From the NCBI GenBank assembly GCA_045612345.1, contig JAZKYV010000040.1, forward strand, positions 13,749 to 77,748: a DNA stretch of 64,000 nucleotides, given 5' to 3'. Under the pieces are notes generated by a model. It saw only the letters and a list, made by a program, of their open reading frames with translations, did no database searches and was not told the DNA's origin. Source of the stretch: Bacteroidales bacterium. GTDB lineage: Bacteria > Bacteroidota > Bacteroidia > Bacteroidales > F082. The translations under genes and the position numbers were made by a program. Below are positions 45,024 through 54,475 of the stretch, piece after piece (position 1 is the stretch's first letter; each line of letters begins with the position of its first letter).

Positions 45024-48000
45024 TTAAAGACCGAATCTAAGTGATACGATAAATGAACGTGTCATAGGGAATGAACCATATTCAAGACCTTGAGCGTTAC
45101 CTGTACCTAAAGTACCTTCTGGGTTGATGTTGTCAGGTAATGACTTGTAGATGTAGAACAAGTCGCGGCCTGTGATTGAGAGAGAAGCGTTTTGGAACAC
45201 TTTGAGTTTTTCAAGGACTCTGTTAGGGAAGTTGTAGCTCAATGTGATTTCGCGCATCTTGATCCATGTGTTGTCTACGATACCTGGAGTTGTGAGGTAG
45301 TTGCCCCATCCGCCGAAGTTAGGCATGTATTTGTAGTAGTAGTGTACTACTTGTTCGTTTTCTGTTACTTCGCCTGTTTCTGGGTCTACTATAACGCCAG
45401 GCAATACGACGCCGTAGTTGCCTAAGAAGTTGCCTTCTGCGTCGTAGAGTGGGAGACCGTTACCTTCGCGTTCGTATAATGTCTCATTGCTTTGACCTGT
45501 CTGCATTGCGATGACGTAAGAACCGCAGTAGATTTCGCCGCCGAGTTTAGCGTCGATCAAGGCATATACAGATAAGTTCTTGTAGTTATATTTGAGGTTG
45601 ATACCGCCTGTCACTGCTGGAGCGCAGTTGCCTACAGGAACGCGTTGGTTTGTCTTGAGATATTCTGTACCTTCTGCGTTGAGAACAGGACGCATGTTGC
45701 CGTTAGCATCTTCTGCATAGACATAATCCCAACCGTAGATCGTACCGTATTCTTCGCCTTCTTGAACAGCGATGGCAGGACCGTTGTCGCCCCATACTTC
45801 AGACAAGATGTACATATCGGCACCGCCTAAGTCAACGATGCGGTTGGTGTTTCTTGCGATGTTGAGACCTACTTGCATATAGCTGTCTGCTTTTTGGAAT
45901 ACGTTATAGTTCATGATGGCTTCGATACCTTTGTTGGTAACGATACCAGTGTTGATACGAGCGCTGCTAGAACCAGATGACACCGCCATTGGAGAAGCGA
46001 GGATCTGATCCCATGAGTAGATGTCGTAATATGTGAAGTCCATATTGAACTTATCCCATAAGCCGAGGTCAAGACCGATTTCGAAAGAACGTTGACGTTG
46101 TGGTTTCAATTGGATTGGTGGCACCTGAGTTGGAAGTGTTGTTGCCAACTGACCGCCGAATGAACCTGTGTTGTATGTGAAGTCTAACTGATATGGGTTG
46201 TCGTCGCTAGCTGTTGTAGCAGCAGAACCTCTTACTTTCAAGAAGCTGACAGGACCCCAGTTGATCTTGAAGGCTTCAGTAGCGATGAAGCTTAATGTTG
46301 CTGATGGATAGAAGTAGCTGTTGTTATCCATTGGCAATGTTGAAGACCAGTCGTTTCTACCTGTGAAGTCCATGAAGAGGTAGTTCTTGTAAGAGATGTT
46401 CAAGAAACCGTATAATGAGTTGACTTGTTTTTCGTAGCGTGACTCGCCTGGGAGCATGTTTGTTGTAAGAGGGTTAGAACCACCGCTTAAGTAGTTGTTG
46501 AAAGTATATAAATCCTCGTAAGCCCATGTTCCTGTGCCAGCCCATAAGCCGTAGGTGTTTCTGTAATAACGTTCACCACCTAATGAGAGACGTACGTTAA
46601 ACAAAGAACCGAAGATATAATCTTTATGTGCTGTGAAGAGGAAGTCTGCATCGAGAGTATAGTCTCTTGTCATGTTTTGTTTGTAGTAGCCGCCTGTCAT
46701 ACCGTCGACTGCAGTAGGTTTGTTCTTTGTCTCGTATTGATCCAAGCTGAAGTCGACAGCTGCTTTACCAGCGAATGTCAACCAGTCGGTGATGTCGTAT
46801 GTGAGACGGAGGGAACCGTAAGCCTTGTCGCGGTCGAGGGTTGTGTTGTTGTTATAGAAACTCCAGAATGTATTGGCGTTGATGTATTGGAATGGGTAGT
46901 TGCCCCATTCTGTCATTGTGCCGTCTTCTTGTTCGTATGTTGTTGACTCGATGCCTTGCCAGCTTCTTGGCCAGCTGTAGAGAAGGCCTTTGTTGAAGTT
47001 GCTGTATGACTCGCCGAGGACTGGAGAGTTAAGACGATGGAAGTCGAAGTATGTGAAAGAGACGTCGGCTTTGATTTTTTCAGAGATGTTTAACAAAGAA
47101 CCGACGTTGAATGTAGTCTGACGGAGGTTACAGTTGTCGATGATAGCGTCTGAACGGTCGTCGGTGACAGAGACTCTCACTGAACCGAAGTCGCCTGCGT
47201 TTTGGAAGGAGACGTTGTTGGTGAATGAGTGGGCGTTTTTGTACAACATGCTGAGGTTGTTAGGTTGTGGAGAATAGTTTCTCAAGAGGCTATCCCACCA
47301 GATCATTTCTGTTCCGTCCATGACAGGACCCCATGACACAGCACCGCCGTAGTATCCGAAGGTTGTGTTTGTTGGCTCGCCTTCAGGTCCGTTGTCTGAG
47401 TTGTAGTTGCCGTTATAGACGTAGTTGCCGTTTTCGTCTTGTGTCAAAGTTGGTGTTTGGAATGACACAGGGCCGCCGGCGCCGTATTTGTTTTGAACGT
47501 CACGGTAACCGTAAGGGTTGGTCAACTTGTATGTTGATGAGAAGTTGATGCCGAGACCTTGTTGTTTCTTACCTTTTTTGGTTGTGATGAGGATCACGCC
47601 GTTACCGCCTCGTGAGCCGTAGAGAGCTGCTGCGGTAGGTCCTTTCAAGATGTTAAGGTCTTCGATATCTTCTTGGTTGATATTGTTAAGAGCTGTACCC
47701 CAGTCTTGTCCGCCGTCCCATCCTGTGACGCCGCCTTCGTTGGTCATAGGGACACCGTCGACGACGATGAGTGGCTGGTTGTCACCGAAGATGCTGTTGT
47801 TACCACGGATGACGATACGGGATGAACCGCCTGCGACACCGTCGCCAGTGATGATCTGGACACCGGCAGCACGACCGCTCAATGAGTTGATGACGTTGTC
47901 GCTACCAGAACGTGTCAAGTCTTCACCGCTGATGTCTTCAGTGGCATAACCCAACTCTCTTTTTTGACGTTTGATACCTAAAGCTGTGATAACGACATTA

Positions 48001-48305
48001 TCCAACAACATGGCGTCGGTCTTCATCACAACGTCGATTTTGTTTTTTCCATTGACAGGGATCTCTTGTGTCTGATATCCCACGTATGAAAACTGTAATG
48101 TGTCTTTGCTGCCAACGCTGATGGAATAGTCGCCGTCGATGCCGGTGACTTCTCCTCTTGTGGTGCCTTTGACTACGATAGTTACACCAGGTAATCCCCA
48201 TCCGTCTTCTGCTGAGGTGACGATACCTGTGACATTAATTTCCTGCGCATCAAGGCTTATGCCGAGTGCAAGAAAGATAATTAAGAAAAAGTAAAACTTC
48301 CTCAT
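45024..48305 (-). CDS. SusC/RagA-family TonB-dependent outer-membrane transporter
   Basis: 1093 aa with a carboxypeptidase-regulatory-like N-domain (VTGIVTSAEDGWGLPGVTIVVKGT), a plug (ITALGIKRQKRELGYA...LSGRAAGV), and a C-terminal barrel ending in ...SLRFGL. Confidence 0.9.
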   Translation of the reverse strand: MRKFYFFLIIFLALGISLDAQEINVTGIVTSAEDGWGLPGVTIVVKGTTRGEVTGIDGDYSISVGSKDTLQFSYVGYQTQEIPVNGKNKIDVVMKTDAMLLDNVVITALGIKRQKRELGYATEDISGEDLTRSGSDNVINSLSGRAAGVQIITGDGVAGGSSRIVIRGNNSIFGDNQPLIVVDGVPMTNEGGVTGWDGGQDWGTALNNINQEDIEDLNILKGPTAAALYGSRGGNGVILITTKKGKKQQGLGINFSSTYKLTNPYGYRDVQNKYGAGGPVSFQTPTLTQDENGNYVYNGNYNSDNGPEGEPTNTTFGYYGGAVSWGPVMDGTEMIWWDSLLRNYSPQPNNLSMLYKNAHSFTNNVSFQNAGDFGSVRVSVTDDRSDAIIDNCNLRQTTFNVGSLLNISEKIKADVSFTYFDFHRLNSPVLGESYSNFNKGLLYSWPRSWQGIESTTYEQEDGTMTEWGNYPFQYINANTFWSFYNNNTTLDRDKAYGSLRLTYDITDWLTFAGKAAVDFSLDQYETKNKPTAVDGMTGGYYKQNMTRDYTLDADFLFTAHKDYIFGSLFNVRLSLGGERYYRNTYGLWAGTGTWAYEDLYTFNNYLSGGSNPLTTNMLPGESRYEKQVNSLYGFLNISYKNYLFMDFTGRNDWSSTLPMDNNSYFYPSATLSFIATEAFKINWGPVSFLKVRGSAATTASDDNPYQLDFTYNTGSFGGQLATTLPTQVPPIQLKPQRQRSFEIGLDLGLWDKFNMDFTYYDIYSWDQILASPMAVSSGSSSARINTGIVTNKGIEAIMNYNVFQKADSYMQVGLNIARNTNRIVDLGGADMYILSEVWGDNGPAIAVQEGEEYGTIYGWDYVYAEDANGNMRPVLNAEGTEYLKTNQRVPVGNCAPAVTGGINLKYNYKNLSVYALIDAKLGGEIYCGSYVIAMQTGQSNETLYEREGNGLPLYDAEGNFLGNYGVVLPGVIVDPETGEVTENEQVVHYYYKYMPNFGGWGNYLTTPGIVDNTWIKMREITLSYNFPNRVLEKLKVFQNASLSITGRDLFYIYKSLPDNINPEGTLGTGNAQGLEYGSFPMTRSFIVSLRFGL

Positions 48306-48341
48306 ATTAAAACATTTTAAATTTTTTCAAAAAAAGTCCTA

Positions 48342-48349
48342 CAAAATTA
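48342..48349 (-). promoter_or_regulatory. Bacteroidota -7 promoter motif TAnnTTTG (TAATTTTG on minus strand)
   Basis: Exact match, 37 nt upstream of the susC-like start codon. Confidence 0.45.
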
Positions 48350-48384
48350 TAATAAATAATAATATAAGTCAATTAAGTTTTTCT

Positions 48385-48392
48385 TATTTTTG
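48385..48392 (+). promoter_or_regulatory. Bacteroidota -7 promoter motif TAnnTTTG (TATTTTTG)
   Basis: Exact match, 23 nt upstream of the radA ATG. Confidence 0.45.
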
Positions 48393-48414
48393 TCTAAAAA
48401 TAAAATCAATTATT

Positions 48415-49782
48415 ATGGCAAAAATTAAGACTGTTTTTTATTGTAAGGAGTGTGGTAATGAGTCACCTAAGTGGATCGGTCATTGCCCTGGCTGTGGAGC
48501 GTGGAATAGTTATGTGGAAGAAAGCGTTGCTGTTGGAAAAGATAACAAGTCTGCCAAGAATTCTTTTTTGCCAGAGATGAAATCCAAGCCTGTTCCTGTC
48601 TTGGAGATAAGCGCGGCCAAAGAGGCTCGCATCGATATGGGATGCGAGGAACTCAACCGCGTTTTGGGTGGCGGTCTCGTCTCTGGTTCTCTCATATTGC
48701 TAGGCGGCGAACCTGGAATAGGAAAATCGACGCTTTTGCTGCAAGTGGCTCTTAACCTTAAAGATAAGAAAATACTTTATGTATCTGGCGAAGAGAGCGC
48801 ACAACAGATCAAGATGCGCGCTGAGCGTATAGGTGTGCGTAACGAGAGCTGCCTCATCCTGACCGAGACAAATACTACAGACATCACGAAACATATCGAA
48901 GAGACAAAGCCAGACATCGTTGTCATCGACTCAATACAGACTCTCGAGTCGGCGGCAGTCGACTCAACGGCGGGCAGCATAAGTCAGATTCGTGAGACTG
49001 CCGCCGAGATGAACAAGGTGGCGAAATCTCTTCACATCCCGACATTCCTCATAGGTCATATCACCAAAGACGGCAGCATCGCCGGACCTAAAATCTTAGA
49101 ACATATAGTCGATACCGTGATACAATTCGAGGGCGACCGCCACTATGGTTTCCGCGTCCTTCGCACCATAAAAAACCGCTTCGGTTCTTCTTCAGAACTA
49201 GGTATCTTCGAGATGAATGCCAATGGTTTACGTGAGGTGTCAAACCCAAGTGAGATCTTGTTGTCGCAACGTGACGAGAACGTCAGCGGCATCAGCATCG
49301 CTGCCACTCTCGAAGGGCTGCGTCCTATGATGATAGAGACTCAGGCTCTGGTCAGCACTGCTGCTTATGGCACGCCTCAACGTAGCTGCACCGGCTTCGA
49401 CACTCGCCGCCTTAATATGCTGCTCGCGGTGCTGGAGAAAAGGGCAGGATTCCGCCTCTCTACCAAAGACGTCTTCCTCAACATAGCGGGAGGATTGCGC
49501 GTTGATGATCCTGCTATCGACCTTGCTGTGGTAGCAGCGATTTTATCATCGAACGAAGATGTGGAGATAAGTAACAGATATGCCTTCGCAGCAGAGGTGG
49601 GACTCTCCGGCGAGATACGCTCGGTCAACAGGATAGAAGCCCGCATCGCCGAAGCCGACAAACTCGGAATGGAAAAGATATTTGTGTCGAAATACAACTG
49701 CAGAGGCCTCGACACCTCCAAATTCAATGTTGAGGTAGTACCGTTGGCGACGATAGGAAATTTGTTTAAAGAGTTGTTTTAA
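48415..49782 (+). CDS. radA: DNA repair protein RadA
   Basis: 455 aa with a Zn finger (CKECGNESPKWIGHCPGCGAWN), Walker A (GGEPGIGKST), KNRFG, and a Lon-like C-domain. Confidence 0.95.
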   Translation: MAKIKTVFYCKECGNESPKWIGHCPGCGAWNSYVEESVAVGKDNKSAKNSFLPEMKSKPVPVLEISAAKEARIDMGCEELNRVLGGGLVSGSLILLGGEPGIGKSTLLLQVALNLKDKKILYVSGEESAQQIKMRAERIGVRNESCLILTETNTTDITKHIEETKPDIVVIDSIQTLESAAVDSTAGSISQIRETAAEMNKVAKSLHIPTFLIGHITKDGSIAGPKILEHIVDTVIQFEGDRHYGFRVLRTIKNRFGSSSELGIFEMNANGLREVSNPSEILLSQRDENVSGISIAATLEGLRPMMIETQALVSTAAYGTPQRSCTGFDTRRLNMLLAVLEKRAGFRLSTKDVFLNIAGGLRVDDPAIDLAVVAAILSSNEDVEISNRYAFAAEVGLSGEIRSVNRIEARIAEADKLGMEKIFVSKYNCRGLDTSKFNVEVVPLATIGNLFKELF

Positions 49783-49810
49783 AAGACACCAAGACACCGA
49801 GACACCGAGA
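49783..49810. repeat. Octad array (GACACCRA)x3
   Basis: aagacacc aagacacc gagacacc gaga, starting 1 nt after the radA stop. It is inverted relative to 50222-50256, with a 13-bp perfect complementary core (CCAAGACACCGAG). Confidence 0.88.
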
Positions 49811-49840
49811 TTTATATTTATTAACTAAAAGTCAAAAATT

Positions 49841-50200
49841 ATGAAGCGCACAATAGAAAATTTATACATTTGGCAAGAGTCAAGAAGCGTAGTAAATGAT
49901 ATCTACACATTGATGAAAGATTGTAGAGATTTTGGTTTTAAGGACCAAATTCAAAGAGCATCTATAAGTATTATGAATAATATTGCAGAAGGAACAGAAT
50001 CAGGATCTGATGCGAAGTATATAAACTTTCTGAATATTTCAAGAGGCAGTTGCTCCGAAGTGCATTCAATGTTATACCTATGTGAAGATTTTAAAATATG
50101 TTCACAGGAAGAAAGAATTAAGATTCAGAATAAAATAAAACTATTGTCAATAGGGATAGTAAACTTAATCAATTATATTTCAAATAACAAGAAGCATTAA
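49841..50200 (+). CDS. Four-helix-bundle protein, 23S rRNA-IVS / DGR-Avd family (copy 2)
   Basis: 119 aa with DQIQRASISIMNNIAEGTESGS...FLNISRGSCSEV. It is roughly 55-60 percent identical by eye to copy 1. Confidence 0.85.
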   Translation: MKRTIENLYIWQESRSVVNDIYTLMKDCRDFGFKDQIQRASISIMNNIAEGTESGSDAKYINFLNISRGSCSEVHSMLYLCEDFKICSQEERIKIQNKIKLLSIGIVNLINYISNNKKH

Positions 50201-50215
50201 TCAGGTTACTTAAAC

Positions 50216-51142
50216 TCAATTCTCGGTGTCTTGGAGTCTAAGTGACTTGGTGACTCTAAAAAACCATACTACCAAAAACGACATTCCCCATCGTGAAAGC
50301 AGCATCCAGAGGTATGCTCCGCCGGCTGCAGTGAACAATAAAAGATCTTCTAAGTTGCTGTGTGATATCCCTATATGCATATTTAGAAGGTCGTTTTCTT
50401 CTTTGGTGGTTTCGCCTTTTTCTGCTTCTTCTATCATAATGCCTGCGCCGTAAGCCAGTCCCAAGGTGTTGGATACTAACCATAAGAAAGCGCATTTCGG
50501 TGATAGACCGAAAAATATCATCACTGGCTTTAAGAATCTTGAGATGTATTGTATTATGCCGAACTCGGTTAATATCTTTTGTAACAATGTCAAGAGATAT
50601 ACCAACAAGGCCATCGTGAGTATGTTCTTCGTTGTTCTGAAAGCCCATTGCTTTAACATCACTGCAAATGTCAGATTGTCTTGTATGGAACTTTCAATGG
50701 CTTGGTTTTCAAAGCCTCCAGGCATGATTTTGTTTAAGACCCATCCTAATATGAATGCTGATAATGTTCTTACTATAACAATCTTGATTACAGAAGAACC
50801 TGTCTTATGCTGAACGGCTGTCTCTACGATCATATTATGCGAACAAAGCACCATGACGGATAATATCGTCGCGGCTCTTGTGCTGAGTTCTAATGTCGTC
50901 ATCACGGCGATGGCGGAATAGCAGTTGACGAAATATCCTGATACATAAGCGAGCGCTGCTTCACCAGGAAGTCCGAAGTGTGAGAAGATAGGAGTGAGCC
51001 AATATGAAATCCATTCTATGATTCCGAAATATTGTAATAATAATATCACAAATGATAGAGAGACCATTATCTTGGTCAGCCACCAGATGGTTTTTAATGC
51101 GCTCGGTCTGGCGCTTTTGATGCAATTTGTAAATCGTGACAT
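50216..51142 (-). CDS. Nucleoside-recognition (Gate) domain-like polytopic membrane protein
   Basis: 308 aa with about 8 TM helices. The family call is tentative. The last ~12 codons (VTKSLRLQDTEN) are encoded by the octad array. Confidence 0.45.
   Translation of the reverse strand: MSRFTNCIKSARPSALKTIWWLTKIMVSLSFVILLLQYFGIIEWISYWLTPIFSHFGLPGEAALAYVSGYFVNCYSAIAVMTTLELSTRAATILSVMVLCSHNMIVETAVQHKTGSSVIKIVIVRTLSAFILGWVLNKIMPGGFENQAIESSIQDNLTFAVMLKQWAFRTTKNILTMALLVYLLTLLQKILTEFGIIQYISRFLKPVMIFFGLSPKCAFLWLVSNTLGLAYGAGIMIEEAEKGETTKEENDLLNMHIGISHSNLEDLLLFTAAGGAYLWMLLSRWGMSFLVVWFFRVTKSLRLQDTEN
50222..50256. repeat. Octad array (CTYGGWGW)x4, reverse complement of GACACCRA
   Basis: ctcggtgt cttggagt ctaagtga cttggtga ctc. 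Confidence 0.88.
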
Positions 51143-51148
51143 TTTTGA

Positions 51149-51787
51149 TTATAAACGACCTGTTATCTTGAAACTGATTATTAGATTCGGAACTTCTGTT
51201 GTTAGATATTGTGTTGAGATATAGGCTCCTGCACTGTAATTATACAACTCTCTTGTGTTGTTTGTGCAGTTGCTCATTCCATACATAACTTCAACGCCAT
51301 AAGACAGTTTTTTGTGTGAGAGACCGATTTCTGGAGCGAAATACAAACCTTTGTTATAACTAGATCTCGTCACTACGCTGTATGTGTTTTCTACTGTGTA
51401 AGAATATTCTATCACCGCCTTTTTAAAAGGGCATATATATCCTGCGCTGATACTGTAATATGGAATTACTTTGCTTTCTTTTTTTGTAATATTGCCTCTG
51501 ATATTCATGAATATAGGTATCTCTAGGGAGAAGTCATTGCCTTTGTTGTCAAGAGGTATTCCAAAATTATCATCGTTTAATATGTGGTTGACATAACAGA
51601 ATCCAAGACCGCCGCCGATGGAAAAATGATCGTTTTTAAAATTGCTGTAAATTCCTTTCAATGATATTGCCATTTCCATTGATTTTGTTGCACCGGCAGA
51701 AACTTCAAGATATCCGCGATTGTTTTGCGCAAATGAAATATTTGCAATCATGAACAATGGAAGTAAAAGAGAAAGTAGTTTTTTCAT
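51149..51787 (-). CDS. Outer-membrane beta-barrel protein (porin-like, hypothetical)
   Basis: 212 aa with a signal peptide (MIANISFAQ) and an alternating aromatic/Gly strand pattern. Confidence 0.5.
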   Translation of the reverse strand: MKKLLSLLLPLFMIANISFAQNNRGYLEVSAGATKSMEMAISLKGIYSNFKNDHFSIGGGLGFCYVNHILNDDNFGIPLDNKGNDFSLEIPIFMNIRGNITKKESKVIPYYSISAGYICPFKKAVIEYSYTVENTYSVVTRSSYNKGLYFAPEIGLSHKKLSYGVEVMYGMSNCTNNTRELYNYSAGAYISTQYLTTEVPNLIISFKITGRL

Positions 51788-51795
51788 GTCTCATA

Positions 51796-51841
51796 TTTTT
51801 AATTAGCAAACATAATGATTTTTAATTAGCAAACATAATGA
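51796..51841. repeat. Perfect 23-bp tandem duplication (TTTTTAATTAGCAAACATAATGA x2)
   Basis: Copies at 51796-51818 and 51819-51841. On the minus strand each carries TATGTTTG (51807-51814 and 51830-51837), a TAnnTTTG -7 motif upstream of the gene starting at 51787. Confidence 0.9.
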
Positions 51842-51988
51842 AAAATAAAATATGCGACAATAGTGAATTTGATGTTAAATGTTAAAATTTTTAGGGAAAA
51901 TTTCTTAATTTTTATTCACAATTGATTGATTTTTAATGAATAAAAATTTTTTTTCAAAAAAATGTCGAATTTACATTTTTTATTGTAG

Positions 51989-51996
51989 TAATTTTG
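51989..51996 (+). promoter_or_regulatory. Bacteroidota -7 promoter motif TAnnTTTG (TAATTTTG)
   Basis: Exact match, 59 nt upstream of the topA ATG at 52055. Confidence 0.5.
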
Positions 51997-52054
51997 CACG
52001 CGAGAAACGTTATTGTTTCATCACGTTTTTTTTGAAATCAAACACATTATATAT

Positions 52055-54373
52055 ATGGTAAAAAACTTAGTAATTGTCGAGTCTCCTGCCAAGGCTAAAA
52101 CTATAGAAGGTTTTTTGGGTAAGGATTACGTGGTGAAGTCGAGCTATGGTCATGTGAGAGACTTGAACAAATCGAATTTGAGTTTGGACATGAACGCCGG
52201 TTTCCAACCTTTATATGAGATTCCGGAAGATAAGAAATCATTAGTAGCAGAATTGAAGAAAATAGCCGAGGACGCCGAAATGGTGTGGCTCGCATCCGAT
52301 GAGGACCGCGAAGGAGAATCAATTTCGTGGCATCTTTTCGAGACATTAGGTCTTAAAGACGAGAAATATCGTCGTATCGTTTTCCATGAGATCACCAAGA
52401 CAGCCATCGCTCATGCTATCGACAACCCTCGTAAGATTGACATGGACTTGGTTTCAGCTCAACAGGCACGCCGTGTCCTTGACCGCGTTGTTGGTTATGA
52501 GTTGTCACCTCTTCTCTGGAAAAAAGTGAAACCATCACTTTCTGCAGGTCGTGTACAGTCAGTAGTCGTTCGTCTCATCGTTGAATGTGAAGAAGAGATC
52601 AAGAACTTCAAACAGACAAGCGCATTCCGCGTGACAGCGATATTCACTTTCACTATCGACAATCGCGAATATTCTCTTTCTGCTGAACTTCCATATCGTT
52701 TTGAGACAGAAGAAGAAGCACATGCATTCTTGCAAAACTGCAAAGATGCATCATATAAAATTAAAGCTGTTGAAAAGAAACCTATTTCAAAATTGCCAGC
52801 ACCTCCATTCACAACATCAACATTACAACAGGAGGCAGGCCGTAAGTTAGGCTTCTCTGTCAGCAACACAATGCGAATCGCACAACAGCTCTATGAGTCA
52901 GGAAAGATCACTTACATGCGTACCGACTCTGTTAACTTGTCGCAGTTCGCTCTTATGTCAGCGAAAAAAGAAATCGAGAATCTCTACGGAACAGAATATG
53001 TTAAAAACCGTCAGTTCTCAACAAAATCAAAAGGCGCGCAAGAAGCTCACGAAGCTATCCGTCCAACATATCTCGACCAACAAACCATCAAGGGAACCGC
53101 TGACGAACGTAAGCTCTATGAACTTATCTGGAAACGTACCATCGCTTCTCAAATGGCAGAGGCTCAGATAGAAAAGACCAACGTCAACATAGAGATATCT
53201 AATTCAGACAAAGAATTCACAGCAAGTGGAGAAGTCGTTTTATTCGATGGCTTCTTGAAGGTATATACTGAAAGCAGCAACGAAGAACAAGGCGAAACAA
53301 GCAATGGAATGTTACCTCCTCTCGTAGTAGGTCAAGTTCTTGACTTAGAAAAGATGGAAGCACAACAACGCTTCACTCGTCATACTCCTCGCTACACAGA
53401 GTCTAGCCTCGTTAAGAAAATGGAAGAGCTCGGTATCGGACGTCCTTCAACATACGCTCCAACAATCTCTACTATTCAAAAGAGAGGTTATGTTGAAAAG
53501 AAAGATATCCAAGGCGAAGTTCGTAACTATAAAGTCTTGACTCTCAAGAAAAATAAGATTACAGAAAAGATTGGAAAAGAAAATATAGGAAACGAAAAAG
53601 GCAAACTCGTTCCAACAGACATCGGCGTATTGGTAAACAGATTCTTGTTGCAGTATTTCGATAATATCATCGACTATAACTTCACTGCTAATGTTGAAAA
53701 AGAATTCGACAAGATTGCTGAAGGCGAATGCAAATGGAACAGCATGATCAGCGATTTCTATAAAGATTTCCATAAGCAAATCGAAGATACATCAGACAAC
53801 TCAGGTAAGTTCAGCGGCGAGAAATTCCTCGGCGTCGACCCTGCTTCAGGTCTTAACGTATATGTTAAGATCGGTCGCTTCGGTCCTGTAGCTCAAATCG
53901 GTGACACCGACTCAGAAGATAAGCCTAAGTTCGCTGGTCTTAACAAAAATCAAAGTATCGAGACAATCACTTTGGAAGAGGTCCTCGCTTTATTCGCGTT
54001 CCCTCGTATCCTCGGTGAATATGAAGGTGCAGAGATTCAAGTGGCTATCGGTCGCTTCGGTCCTTATATCAAACATAATAACGTATTCTACGGCTTGACA
54101 AAACTCGATGATCCAGCAATGGTTTCTTACGATAGAGCTATCGAAATCATAGAGTCAAAACGCAAGGCTGACATGGATAATGTAGTATCTACATATCCAG
54201 AAAACGAAGACTTGAAAGTGTTGAAAGGCCGTTTCGGAATTTATATCAGTCTGAACAAACAAAACTATAAGATTCCAAAGACATACGATGCAACAAACTT
54301 GACATATCAAGATTGTATGGATATCATTAACGATCCAAATAACGCCTCAAAGAAAAGAGGAAAGAAAAGTTGA
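52055..54373 (+). CDS. topA: DNA topoisomerase I
   Basis: Toprim N-terminus LVIVESPAKAKTIEGFLG, DEDREGE, and active-site region ITYMRTDS. The start is taken at MVKNLVIV. Confidence 0.95.
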   Translation: MVKNLVIVESPAKAKTIEGFLGKDYVVKSSYGHVRDLNKSNLSLDMNAGFQPLYEIPEDKKSLVAELKKIAEDAEMVWLASDEDREGESISWHLFETLGLKDEKYRRIVFHEITKTAIAHAIDNPRKIDMDLVSAQQARRVLDRVVGYELSPLLWKKVKPSLSAGRVQSVVVRLIVECEEEIKNFKQTSAFRVTAIFTFTIDNREYSLSAELPYRFETEEEAHAFLQNCKDASYKIKAVEKKPISKLPAPPFTTSTLQQEAGRKLGFSVSNTMRIAQQLYESGKITYMRTDSVNLSQFALMSAKKEIENLYGTEYVKNRQFSTKSKGAQEAHEAIRPTYLDQQTIKGTADERKLYELIWKRTIASQMAEAQIEKTNVNIEISNSDKEFTASGEVVLFDGFLKVYTESSNEEQGETSNGMLPPLVVGQVLDLEKMEAQQRFTRHTPRYTESSLVKKMEELGIGRPSTYAPTISTIQKRGYVEKKDIQGEVRNYKVLTLKKNKITEKIGKENIGNEKGKLVPTDIGVLVNRFLLQYFDNIIDYNFTANVEKEFDKIAEGECKWNSMISDFYKDFHKQIEDTSDNSGKFSGEKFLGVDPASGLNVYVKIGRFGPVAQIGDTDSEDKPKFAGLNKNQSIETITLEEVLALFAFPRILGEYEGAEIQVAIGRFGPYIKHNNVFYGLTKLDDPAMVSYDRAIEIIESKRKADMDNVVSTYPENEDLKVLKGRFGIYISLNKQNYKIPKTYDATNLTYQDCMDIINDPNNASKKRGKKS

Positions 54374-54375
54374 TT

Positions 54376-54410
54376 AGACTTTGAACCTTGACTTTGAACC
54401 TTGAACTTTT
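54376..54410. repeat. Heptad array (CTTTGAA/CCTTGAM)x5
   Basis: agactttgaaccttgactttgaaccttgaactttt, starting 3 nt after the topA stop. It is inverted relative to 54827-54892. Confidence 0.85.
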
Positions 54411-54413
54411 AAT

Positions 54414-54446
54414 AATACCTCGGGATTTTCCGGGGTATTTTTTATA
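54414..54446 (+). terminator. Rho-independent terminator
   Basis: Stem ATACCTCGG / CCGGGGTAT (one mismatch) followed by T6. Confidence 0.7.
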
Positions 54447-54475
54447 TCAAAATTTATAACCTTAAAAATTACAAC

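Noticed and set aside
47333-48201. Arg-rich ORFs (71 and 67 aa) inside the susC-like gene
   Set aside because: These are out-of-frame or antisense products of a well-supported 1093-aa TonB-dependent transporter gene.
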